Origin: Amoebophrya sp. A120
Lineage: Eukaryota > Protista > Dinoflagellata
Direction: 5' to 3'
Length of the DNA: 64,000 nucleotides
NCBI GenBank assembly: GCA_905178155.1
Contig: CAJINV010000005.1
Span: 7,432,989-7,496,988 of the forward strand
Position 1 is the stretch's first letter. Each line of letters starts with the position of its first letter. Positions 1-11,500 of this stretch are shown piece after piece. Under the pieces are notes generated by a model, which saw only the letters and a program-made list of their open reading frames with translations, was not told the origin of the DNA and made no database searches. The translations under genes were made by a program, and so were the position numbers.

Positions 1-3000
1 ACGACCTGTTGGGAGACCACGACGGGCCAACTACGCAGACCACTTCCCATCAAGCCGCTTCCGGTAGTACACCAGGCGCAGCAGATTCGACGACATCCGC
101 AAATAATGACGACGAGTCACAGTTCACACTGACGGACCAAATCCTGGAGTGGGAACAGTTTGACCAGCTTAAACACAATTCCGTCTACCTCCTGCAGCCC
201 GGTTATGGAAGCGTCAGGTTTGAAATCAACAAAGTTGAATAAATGTATGACCGGGCACGCGTGGTCTTGCGAGCCTGTGAGTCAAGGCCGACAGTGGTCG
301 GTCTATATTTTATGAGCGGGCTCAACCCGCCCATCACGGTAACCAAAACCTGAGTAGCATGAATATGAACCAGGCAGGGGCGCAGTTTTGCGTTGATTTT
401 CCTGCTCTGTGTTTGACATGCTGGGTTTTCAGGGACTTGCGCCCCTGCCGATGGTAGCTTGATTGTGATTCGCCGAGGGTGATTAGAGCTGCTATTTTGC
501 TCTGCCTTAGGCCGATTTATTTCCTCCTGATTTCTCCAGTTCTGGAGAGGGAGAGTTTATTTTCAATCCTAGTTTCGGATTATGATTGGTCTCCCCTGAT
601 TTCTCTCGTTCCGGAGAGGGGGAGAGAGTTTATTTCCAGTCCTAGCTTCGGGCTAGGTTGGATTTCTCCTGATTTCTCCCGTTCCGGAGAGGGAGAGTGG
701 TTTTATTTCCAGTCCTAGTTTCGGGCTAGGTTGGACTTCTCCTGATTTCTCCCGTTCCGGAGAGGGAGAGTGGTTTTATTTCCAGTCCTAGTTTCGGGCT
801 AGGTTGGATTTCTCCTGATTTCTCCCGTTCCGGAGAGGGAGAGTGGTTTTATTTCCAGTCCTAGTTTCGGGCTAGGTTGGACTTCTCCTGATTTCTCCCG
901 TTCCGGAGAGGGAGAGTGGTTTTATTTCCAGTCCTAGTTTCGGGCTAGGTTGGACTTCTCCTATTTTCTCCCGTTCCGGAGAGGGAGAGTGATTTTATTT
1001 CCAGTCCTGGTTTCGGACTAGGTTGGATTTCTCCTGTTTTCTCCCGTTCCGGAGAGGGAGAATTGAGTTTATTTCCGGTCCTAGTTTCGGTCTAGGTTGG
1101 AGTTCTCCAGATTTCTCCCGTTCCGGAGAAGGAGAGTGATTTTGTTTCCAGTCCTAGAAGTTTCGGGCTTGTTTGGATTTCTCGTGATTTCTCCCGGTTT
1201 GGAGAAGAAGGATTTGAGTTCCCGTCCTAGCTTCGGACTACGTTTGATTTCTCCTGTTTATTTTCCCCCGATCTGGAGAAGGGACATTTATTTTCAGTCC
1301 GAGTTGCGGACTATGTCGGATTTGTGCGGTTTTCTCCCGTTTCTGGAGAGGGAGAATGTAACTCCGGTCCTAGTTCCGGACTAACTATGTTGGGCGTCTT
1401 CTATTTTCTCCAATTTTGGAGCGGGGGGCTTCGCCCTAAGTCCGGGGGTTTGAAGTATGCCCCAGATTTCTAGTTTCCAGCTCGAGGGAGGGAGGCTCCG
1501 TCCTGTTTCGGATGATTTCTTTGCGAGTGGCCTCCTATTCCCCCCTTGCGAGGAGAGAGTAGGGAATCCATTTCCCCTTCGGGGTCGATTTTGTTTGATT
1601 TTCGCATCCGTTTGTGATGGCGGAGTGAGTCTCTGCTTGATTTCGCATTTTTATTTGCCGCGCTTTCCCCGTACAAATCGGAGTATCCCCCTTGTGTCTC
1701 TCAGCGAGCGTGTTTCAGTCCTGTTGTTAGTCGGGCTTGGAGCAGTTTATCGCCACACATCTCTCGTGCTGGTGAGGGAGCATCGGCCGCGTTTATGCCG
1801 TTTCTTCGGGGGCTTCTCCACTCTCCCCGCTCGGGGAGTGGGTTTCTCTTGGATTTCCACTTGTGAGGGCAAGAAGTCTATTGCCCCAGGTTCTCCCGGG
1901 TGCGGAGAAGGATTTCAGGGTCTAGCTGCAGGCTGCTTTTCTGCTCTAATTTCCGGCTTCTGCCGGCTTTGGTTTTCTTGTGGGTCTCACTTTATTACTC
2001 ATTTTCGAGATGTGCTTGCCCTTGCAGGCTTCTTTCTCGAGGTCTACTTGCAAGGTTTTGCTCCGTTGTATTCGACATGGGGCGCCATTCTGACCTTGGT
2101 TATTTTCATTTCAACCTTGCTCGGCTTTGTGGCACTGGCGGTTTGAATCCGTTAAACCTAAAAGAGGGCAGGCGCGAGATGGAAAGGCTAGGGATGCGCC
2201 CGGCGCCTCGTGCGCCGGGGTTTTGTTTTCGCGGATTCTTTTGGTTCCGGTTTCCGGGTTTCTGCCGTCCCTAGCTCCACGAGCCGAGTCGAGGGCTTGA
2301 GATGAAATGACCAAGGTCAGCGATGGCGCATGTGGCGCAGGTTTTCCCCTGTCGGGATGTTTTCTTTCAAGGTATTCCGATTCTCCTCTGGAGGGGGTGA
2401 TCTTTCTATATGGAGCTTCGTGCCCCTATGTTGTTTGCCTGTGGTTTTAGGACATCTTCAGATCCCTGTTGTACAGGGTGCGAGGAGTGTTGTGTCAAGA
2501 GTCGATCCGGTTGCATCATTACGCAGCGATGTGGTATCCTCTTCCGAATCCTTTGCCCGCCTTTTTCGGTTCAGGGGGCGAGAAGTGTTAGTCCCTGGAG
2601 AGAGGAGGTCGTCGGGCGTTTTTGTTGGGTGTCTCATGTTTATCGGGCAAACTTTCGTATGTGTGTGTGAGGATTCTTGGCAGGATTGTAGGGGGCACTG
2701 CGCCTTCCCTGCAGGGCTTGGTCCTTTTCTTTCTGATGTCGCAGCATGCGCGTTGACCGGATCACAAGCATTACCTCGAGGTCCATTTGGCATGGTCATG
2801 GGTGTTAGTGTTTCTCGAGGTCCTCACGGCCATCGTCGCTGAGGTGGGTGTTGTTTGCTTACTGCTCCAGAGGCAGTCTTAGTGAGTTCGCGCGCATCTC
2901 CGGAAGGGTGTCGCAGATGACGGCTCCAATCTTTTCATGGGCTCCGGACTCTCTTTCCCTGTGTCATGGTGCCGGGTGGCTCCGAGTTTTCTTTGCACGC

Positions 3001-6000
3001 AGTGTCTTCGGAAAGGATCCCGCGCCGAAGTTATTATTTCCGTTTGAAACACACAGCTTGCGCGGGCGTTGTGGCCACCGCCGCGAGGTCTACTCTTGTG
3101 CTTTGGAAGGTTCCTTCCTGGATAGTTGTTTGGTATGCAGGTCTTTGACCTGGGGGCGCGTTCATCCCCGTGGGCTCTTGATCTGAGTACTTCTTGTTGC
3201 TCGATGACTTTCCAGCATTTCCCCGGCCGCATCCCGGCCGAGTTGTCAGGGTTGAGACCTCTTTCATCAGTGTGCGAGTGGTCAAGCGCACTACGTATCC
3301 GAAGTGAAGCCGGAGCTTCCGGGGAGTTATTTCCTATATTAAATGTTCTTACGCTGATTCTTGGGCAGCGCTTCTGCCACTAGCTGCTCTTGTGGTTTCG
3401 GTAGTTGACAAGGATTTTGCTAAGGGCCAGGGCGAAGGCGCTTTGTTTCGCCCTTTTGGAGCCTTGTTGGGATGCTGTGTGACAGTCTTTGGCATCTCAG
3501 TCGGTGTCGTCGCACGCACTCTTGCGTGTGGGGCGGCTGTTCGGTACCCAAATTCATCTCCAGCTGGTGCCGTAGGGTTCTTTGGGTCGCGTCGATGCGT
3601 TGCGTCTCCGCCGGTGGGGTAGGCTCTCCACATGCTTGGTCGCGGGCGCCTGCACCTCCTGACTCCCGGAGCGCACATCCAACGATGATCATCCATAGGA
3701 TGATCTATCCGTCGGAGAAGATGTTGACTAGATCATTAAATGTATGACCGGGCACGCGTGGTCTTGCGAGCCTGTGAGTCAAGGCCGACAGTGGTCGGTC
3801 TATATTTTATGAGCGGGCTCAACCCGCCCATCACGGTAACCAAAACCTGAGTAGCATGAATATGAACCAGGCAGGGGCGCAGTTTTGCGTTGATTTTCCC
3901 CACCCTCCCGCCCCTATTTTCTTCTTGTTATCTCTTCTTCCGAGCGGATGGATCATGAGGCTTCGCGCCGCTTCTTTTTGAGGTGTGACAGAAGCCCATC
4001 TCTTGCATTCGGGAACTGGGGTAGGCTCTCCACATGCTTGGTCGCGGGCGCCTGCACCTCCTGACTCCCGGAGCGCACATCCAACGATGATCATCCATAG
4101 GATGATCTATCCGTCGGAGAAGATGTTGACTAGATCATAAAATAGTTTGTCATGCATAAAATGCAACGCAGAAAATGCCTGTCTTGCAGAGTAGGCAAGG
4201 GAGGCAGATTGTAAGCCTGTTTCGGGGTAGAAATAGAGCTGCTAAAGTACTAGCATCACAAAAGGCGTCTTCCTTACCCAAACAGCATGACACTCAAATT
4301 TGTCATGCGCCGCTTAGAAATTGGGCTTCCAAGAACTGGTATCGATTTTATGCATAAGAAGTTATATCAACTTTGTCGATTTCAACTCTGGTGACACATC
4401 CATACCGGTAAGGAGAGAAAAGAGCTGGAAAACATCACGGGTGACAGGTGGCGAAGGTTGAAAATCTATCAAATGTAAAAATGTCTGGGTCTGGAAGATT
4501 CCGAGATTTGTCATGCAGTTTTTCCAAGCTCCACCAAGTCTGGAATGCAGGGCCTAGCATCACAGGATCTGCAGCCCCTTTGTGATGTCTGTTCTGCATG
4601 AGAAATGCCCCCTCAGCATGGCCAGAAATGAGCACCTTTTGCAAGTCACGCAACACAGATTTTTGTATGATGCGCAACATGCATCACAAGTTGCATCCTT
4701 CCAGACCCAGACACTTTTGCATTTGATAAAATCCAAATAGACCCAATACTGCATGTGGAGGCCCAGAAAGCGGTATTTTTTTTTCTGATGCTGGTACCGC
4801 CACCGCCGTATTAGTTCCATCATTTTTGATCTAGCACGACGAAGACGGAAGCAACTACGTCGTCAAGCAGGGGCTGATCGTGAACTTTTCATCCGCATCA
4901 GATCTCTGTCTACTAACTTTGCAACGCAAGAATACGTACTTACACAGATCGCCCGCATGAAGCGCGGTTCGAATCTTCTGAAGCACACCCGGTACGGGTA
5001 CCCTCACCTGCGCATGTTTCAGCTCTCGGAGGACACCAGGAGGCTGATTTGGTACTCGGCTGCAAAAGAGAAGAAAGACACGGTCATTTATGCATTGCAA
5101 AAGTATCGTATTCGTATAAATGCATTACAAATTTCTGCAGCGTGAGAAATAAAATTTGTAATGCAGATTTAGCTTAAGAAAGGGATTTGTATATACATGA
5201 TTGCAATACGAGTACGATACTTTTGCACAGGATATCATCTCTATGGAAAACATTTCGGAAATTTTGATTGGGAACGGGAACGACACGTCCAACGCCTATA
5301 AACTCGCCATGCTGGAACATCTTTCTTTCACGATTGTCTGCAAGAATCCTGGAGTATCCCACAGAAAAAAGCCGACAGGTCACATTTGTAATGCAAAAAT
5401 AAATACACAATAGAAATCGGTATTGCGTACTAGCCTAAACAGCATGCTATGAGGCCGCCCATGACAGATTTTTCTCTGTATTTATTTTTGCATTACAGCG
5501 TTCAGCTGCTCTCGGGCTGGAGGAGGGAGTAGCAAGCAGCAGTCCGCTAAAGGGCACACTGCCAACATCATCATCATCAATATACCTCGCCAGCTTTTTT
5601 CTGTGGGATATGGAGCCCAGATGTACTCCGGCACTTCCGCACTGTCCAATGTTCTGAACACGGTCACCGGGGCGGGGAGTGTGAAGAGTCTGGAAGTCAC
5701 CTGCAAAGACGAATTCGAGTTTGATCATTGGGTAAGTACTTGTTTTTCTCATTCAGAACGTCAAGACGTGAGGAAATGTGTCTTCTGCTATAAAGTTCTC
5801 GCAAGTAAGATTATGCGCAAGGCTATTTCTGCTTCACTGCGCAAATCGAAGGACGAACGCATCTATCCAAATCTCGTCGCTCTTCTACAAATTCACCCAG
5901 GTCACTGGTTTGAAAGCCCTGCACTACCACCACACGTCGCGCCTGCTTTCCAAAGAGCAGCTCCTGAACCATTCCCAACGGTTCAAGCGCGCACTGCAGA

Positions 6001-7172
6001 AGAACAACGTGGCAATCAAGCTTACCCAGCTCCCGGAGATCCGGGAAAAGGGGCACGTCGGCCTGGACGACTGCATCGAGATTTCCGTGTCTCAGTCCAA
6101 AGAGGAGCTCGAGCAAAAGCTGGACCGGCTGAAAGAGCGGCACAAGACGCTACAGCTCTCCACAAACAAGTTGGATTTTCACGCGGATATGCAATGCAAA
6201 AGCATCCTACTTCTAGTCTAAATTGCATTACAAATTAGCCCACCATTGCGAATTGAATTTGTAGTGCTGAATTACCTTGACAAAGAGATTTATAATGCAT
6301 AAATGCAATGTACTACGAGTGCGATACTTTTGTACAGGATAGCGGAGGCGGAAACCGAGCTGGATTTAGCCGTGATGACCGGCTCCGGACCCGCTTACGC
6401 GGCGCTGTTTACGGATACAGAGAACTGTATCAAATGCAAATATGTCTGGGTCTGGAAGGTTGGAAGACTTGTCATACAGGTTTTCCTTGACGCGTGAGGT
6501 CTGTCATACATGACCCAGCATGACAGATTCTCCCCGACCTGTATCATGCCTCGTCTGCATGAGAAACTTTCTCTCAGCTCGGTCAAAAGTGGACAGCTTT
6601 CGGTAGTCATGCTGCAACACAGATTTTTGCACTATCCAGAATTAGCATGACAAGTTGCATTCTTCCAGGAGACCCAGACATGTTTGCAATGCATAAACTG
6701 CGAAGATGAAGAGATGGAGTACCGGAGGATGCAAGAGTTGCTGAAGGAAGTGCAGTCCCAGCTGACAAAGGCCCGAAACGATTTTATCGCGATCAAGGAG
6801 GCACAACTACCCGGAACGCAGAATCTCAGCGACGCGATTGCTGGCACCACCTCGTCGGGGAATAACAAGGAGGAAGGTAGTACTAGCGCGACGAGGAATA
6901 GCAAGAAAAACAAACCTTCGCAGCTCACCAAGCAGGAAAAGGAGGAGCAACAGAAGTACAAGAATCTAGATCATTTGCTGTGGAAAATCGAGGTTGATCT
7001 GGAAAACGTGGAAGACATCCTCTCCCGGTATCTGGACAACCAGAAGCAGGTGCAGCAGCCCTGGCAAGTGCTGGTACAGGAAAAGACGGCCGAGTTTACC
7101 AGGAATGTGAACGACAACCTGCAGATAATGCAGGGAAAAGTGGACGAATGGAGGAAGTGGTGGAACAAATAG
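1..7172 (+). CDS. PH-domain (PLC/PRAF-like) plus coiled-coil protein, 5'-truncated, multi-exon
   Basis: Manual splicing gives a continuous frame: ...YLLQPG|KERKELENITGDRWRRLKI|QIDPILHVEAQKA|IARMKRGSNLLKHTRYGYPHLRMFQLSEDTRRLIWYS...SFTIV...SLEVTCKDEFEFDHW|VTGLKAL...WWNK*. This is a typical PH beta1-beta2 region and C-terminal W-helix. Introners at 204-4404, 4467-4728, 5089-5234, 5355-5610, 6188-6341, 6428-6695. GT-AG introns at 4773-4947 and 5732-5900. Confidence 0.8.
240..4141. mobile_element. Non-autonomous split-direct-repeat (PAT/Ngaro-type geometry) element
   Basis: A1 240-402 matches A2 3737-3899, and B1 3615-3736 matches B2 4017-4138, giving A1...B1-A2-spacer-B2. Removing it restores the introner sequence gttgaa|atagtttgtcatgcata seen at 56288. 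No recognisable intact ORF. Confidence 0.8.
500..1420. repeat. 73-bp tandem minisatellite, about 12 copies, degenerating at both ends
   Basis: The unit cctagtttcgggctaggttggacttctcctgatttctcccgttccggagagggagagtggttttatttccagt recurs at 714, 787, 860 and 933 (period 73). Each unit contains short hairpins. Confidence 0.9.
4467..4728. mobile_element. Introner family A (TIR TATCAAATGCAAAWATGTCTGGGTCTGGAA), representative copy
   Basis: TSD AAATC on both sides. Other copies: 6428-6695, 8619-8881, 10792-11046, 11148-11415, 11522-11815, 12639-12912, 31286-31542, 32133-32393, 32488-32748, 32809-33069, 34367-34615, 36318-36580, 43829-44079, 54805-55054, 55633-55887, 58422-58700, 59809-60118, 60741-61002, 63487-63754. 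Confidence 0.92.
5089..5234. mobile_element. Introner family B (about 150 bp; TATGCATTGCAAAAGTATCG...CGATACTTTTGCACAGGATA), representative copy
   Basis: TSD TCATT/TCATC. Other copies: 6188-6341, 8969-9121, 9784-9933, 11907-12051, 13204-13371, 13608-13773, 31033-31181, 31619-31767, 33686-33844, 34158-34311, 44994-45149, 46137-46289, 47393-47561, 47903-48057, 48588-48747, 48944-49095, 55126-55293, 59123-59353, 60177-60335. Confidence 0.92.
5355..5610. mobile_element. Introner (TIR TATCCCACAGAAAAAAGC)
   Basis: Perfect TIR tatcccacagaaaaaagc / gcttttttctgtgggata. TSD TGGAG. Frame restored on removal. Confidence 0.9.
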
Positions 7173-7196
7173 AAGCTCATGCTTTTTGATGATGTT

Positions 7197-7362
7197 TACG
7201 CATTGCAAAATTATCATACTAGCTTGGATCATCGCAATACAAATTTTCTCAGCACTACAAATCAAATTTGTAATGCGGCTTTACCGTAGTAACAACTAGA
7301 TTTGTAATGCATGGTGAGTGCAATTTTTAGTACGACTGCAATATTCCTTTTGCAAATTCATA
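7197..7362. mobile_element. Degenerate family-B introner just downstream of the stop codon (3' UTR)
   Basis: tacgcattgcaaaattatc...ccttttgcaaattcata with internal tttgtaatgc motifs. Confidence 0.6.
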
Positions 7363-8580
7363 ATCGCGGTGTCTGGGTGTTCTTGCCGGGTCTCTCTGTT
7401 CGCGCGAAGATTTGTCATTGCGTAGTACCCTGCTGATGTGGCACATCTACTATCCAAAGAAAATTCGGTCTATGAGTACCTTTTTTCATCTCCAGATATT
7501 TTGTAATTCATTGTCGTCGTCATCAACCATGGTAAAACACTCTCAACAACATCGTCCTGTTCGCTTTCGCATAATTCTTGGTCGGATTTGCCCTTGCCGG
7601 CGCGAGGGCGTCGTCGTCGAGGCGAGCTGAGAAGTTATAATGGAAATTAGTTGTCGTCGTGAGCGGAAGTAGATATTCTCGACGGAACCTGGCTCGTTGT
7701 AAGGTGCTGCTAGGTGTACTTTGGATTATTTTCGTTCGTTCTTCTACTGTTCGATTTCGTGTTGATGGATCGCTCGGCTGCCGTCGTGGTCGTGATCGGT
7801 CGTCAATTAGAATGGCAGTGCACTATTGCAACTATTTTTGCGGAGCCATGCGAAGATCTGAAGCACCAGGATATTAAACTCGAACGCTGTGTAGTTTTTC
7901 GTGGTGGAGAGCAAGTGTTGATTCGTCGTTATTTATTAGTACCGAAGAATGAGAAGCAGAATCGGCCTACTTCCTTCCCATGTTAAGAGTGGAGACCACT
8001 TCATGTTCATTCTAAGTCCAAGTCCGCTTACTTACACCAGTTCGGATAATTCACGCTTTCCTTTCGCGGCTCTAACTTTATCTTGTTTTAGCTCGTCGTA
8101 GGTCTGTAGTTGGTTCTTCTATGATTTCGTCGGTGCTTGTTTTGCCTCCATAGAGCTCCAGCTCTAGTTCGAAAAATATGACGATATCTCGTCTACTTCT
8201 TCGCGTTGCAATTTATTGACCCAACAAGATGAAAGCAAGCCTTGTGTTGCCGAAGAACATAACAACAGTGCTCTCTGTCTATGAACTAGCAAAAAATGGC
8301 TCGTCGTCGTCACGCGAGGTGGGGTACGCTACGCTGGGCGAGACATGAGATAGAAAGTTAGTACAGCAGGCGCGGTGGTATCTGACCTCCCACTAAGCGC
8401 CTCTATTTCGTCTTCGTCAGCACGACGGTAGCAGAGCACGACCCCGCGTTGGAAAGATATTTTCACCTGCGACTCCGCCTGCTGGATGCCGCTTGGGCTT
8501 GTTCCTAAGTTCTTGCGGTTGTTCTGCTCCGTCTAGAAGCGTGGCTCGACTGCTAACCTCGGCGCTAGCGTGGTACGACC

Positions 8581-11500
8581 ATGGCGAACATCGGCGCCGA
8601 GGATGTCAAGGGCGCGGTTATCAAATGCAAATATGTCTGGGTCTGGAAACATGTAAACTTCTGATGCGTATTTGAGGCCAGGAAAAAATCTGTCATGCAT
8701 GGACCGCAAAAGTAGCTCACTTCTTGCCACCAAAAGGGGGAACTTGATGTCATGCGGATTAGGCATCGCCTAACCTGCTCAAGAAATAAACCTGCGCTGC
8801 TAGGACTTGCATGCTAGACCTTCTGCGTCATGCACAAACAGCGTCACACTTTTCCAGCCCCAGACATATTTGCACTGGATAGCGGTGGAGAACCGGCAAA
8901 AGTCGGACTTCGCCAACGCGGACATGGTGATTGACGAGTACCTGGAGAAGAAGGCTGCGCGCGAACGGTATCCTGTGCAAAAGTATCTGATACTCGTATT
9001 GCAATCATGCATTATAAATCCTTTTCTTGAGGTAAATCAGCATTACAAATTTTACTTCTCACGCTGACGAGGAAATTTGTAATGCATTCATACGAATGCG
9101 ATACTTTTGCAGTAGTTCATAAACGGGAAATCCTGGCGATGATCAAGAAGCTGAAGGGCGAGCCGGACGACGCCGAGCTGGCTATGGGGATCTCAAACGT
9201 TACATTCCGAACTGTTACTCGATTTGTCATGCAAAATCCCCATAAGTCGTCACGTCGGAAGATGATGGCTCTTTGCATGACAAATCCTCGAAGGGCTGAA
9301 CAGCACCTACATCTGTTGCAAATTTGTGATGCGAGACTCGCAGGCTTGCCCCTTTCGATATTTGCTCTTCTTGCATGACAGATTCGCGTAAGTAACAGTT
9401 GAGGGTGTAACGTTTGCGAACGCCATACTGGCGATCGTGCGGATCGACGCGGAGCAAGAGCGGATCCGGTTAGGAATTCCAGTTTCCGGAGCTCACATAT
9501 GACAGTGCACAAGTACAACACAACTCCCCCTTATTTGTATAGCATAAACGGCAGTGCAAGCATTAGCAAGAATGCCGGTTTTGCATTACAAATTTGCACT
9601 GGAGCATAGTGCTACGATTTGGGATGCCAGAACTTGTCATGCATAATAGTGACAGGAGGGAAACCGTGGACTTGGTATTTTGCATGAGAAATGCAAATGA
9701 CAATGAGAACGAGGGGGAGTTCTTGTGCACTGTCATATCACAAACACCTGCACTGGATCCCGCAGCGGTACGTGGCCCCGACGTATGAATTGCAAAAGTA
9801 TCGTACTCGTAGTAATCGCAGTCATGCATCACAAATTGCTTTCTCAAGTGGAACCCGCATGACAAATTTTATTTCTCACGCTGAGGAAATTTGTCTTGCG
9901 ATTTATACTAGTACGATACTGTTGCACTGCATACCACGGGCCAGCCGCCAATCCGCCGGTTCTGCTCCAAGTACTATCAAACAAAAAAGTGTTAACGTTA
10001 ACGGTTTCCACAGATGGCAGTCATGCATTACAAATTTTGCCATCCATGCATGCTACGCAATACAAATTTTGGCACCTTTTCTGATGCATTCCTGCATCAC
10101 AAATTCCGTTAACGTTAACACTTTTTCGTGTGATAAGTACGGAGACTTCTTCATGTACGCCTGCGGCTACTGTCAGTTTCTCATCGTCATCATCATGTTT
10201 GTCGTTTGGTGGCACGCATTCCAGGAGTACAACGACTCGTACTCGGGGAAATGCCAGCTGAGCCGCCCTTCCAATCGACTGAACGAGACGCAGGCTTTGT
10301 GCCGAGACTGTCTCTTCGACATCAAGGCGCTGATTGATGTAGAAGAGCAGTCTATGCAAGAAAAAAACTGTGTAAGTGTAAATCTGTGATGCAAAAAATG
10401 CAAAACAGTATAAACTTCTCAGGCTGGAAGTGCGTCATAGCCGTGATTCATGCGCGTTTTCACGTACTATCTGCGCATGACAGGTTTTTCCTGTAATGCA
10501 AAACGAATTTGTGATGCTGCTCTTCCTAAAAAATTCCACTTACACAGTTTTTTTCCTGGATACAGTCCCCGGTGCTGGCTGAAGAGAAACGGGAGGAGTG
10601 GCTCGACCACGTGCGGTCTACGTACTCGAGCAACGAGCTGGCTCTCTACTACACCGCTATCGAAAAATTTTACTCCCGCGACTTCGGCGAGCGATACCGC
10701 GAATTTCGCATGCGGAAATACAAAGTCAAGTACAACCCCTACGGTTTGGTCTACTACGTTCCCGAACAACCTGTTTTCAAGTGTTGTCCGCTATGCATTG
10801 CAAATATCCCTGGATGTCTGGAAACTTGTAATGCTGAGTTGGAAATAGTGAGTTCTCTGCAATGCACAGCCAAGCATGAGAAATATTTTCGCGCCTAAGT
10901 GTTGCGGTTTCCCCATGAGAAACTGCGTTTTTCCATGACAAGCACAAGGATCTCTTCTTGGACACGCATCGCAAACTCTTCTGTGATGCCAGACAAGCAT
11001 GACAGACCCTGCATCCTTCCAGACCCAGACATATTTGCAGTCGATATCCGCAGTCCTGTTGCGACTGGCTCCAGACGAGTTCCGTGGCTGACCGCGGGCA
11101 CTGCGACACCACTGTTTTCACGCACCTGCAAACGCAGCACTGGCGTCTATCAAATGCAAAAATGTCTGGGTCTGGGCGGATGGAACTTGTGATGCGTCCT
11201 GTGGGTCACACAAAAATCTGTGTTGCGTGATCACCAAACAAAGTTGTTCTTTTTTGACCAACATGAGTGGGAGTTTCTCATGCAGGGTAGGCATGATAGA
11301 GATTTCGCAGAATCTGTCATGCTAGGTCCTGCATTCCAGACCACATGGGGCATGGGAAAATATGCATGACAAGTCTGCATTCTACTTCCAGACCCAGACA
11401 CTTTTGCATTTGATAGCGTCTCTACGCCGACGATCAGGACACAAACCAGTGTAACACCGGCGCGTGGGACTGCACCCTCTACCGCCCGGTGGATTTCGAT

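Larger units (their letters stand above)
204..4404. mobile_element. Introner (family F, TATGG..GTCAGG..GAAATC TIR) interrupted by a 3.9-kb insertion
   Basis: TIR tatggaagcgtcagg...gtgacacatccata. TSD CCGGT at 199-203 and 4405-4409. The two halves match the uninterrupted copy at 56243-56565. Confidence 0.85.

Noticed and set aside
500-1420. 73-bp repeats with hairpins as a CRISPR array
   Set aside because: The units are contiguous with no unique spacers, there are no cas genes, and the context is eukaryotic.
1457-2146. 229-aa hydrophobic ORF as a membrane protein
   Set aside because: It has no recognisable motif, and its hydrophobicity follows from the T-rich strand of a non-coding or decayed element.
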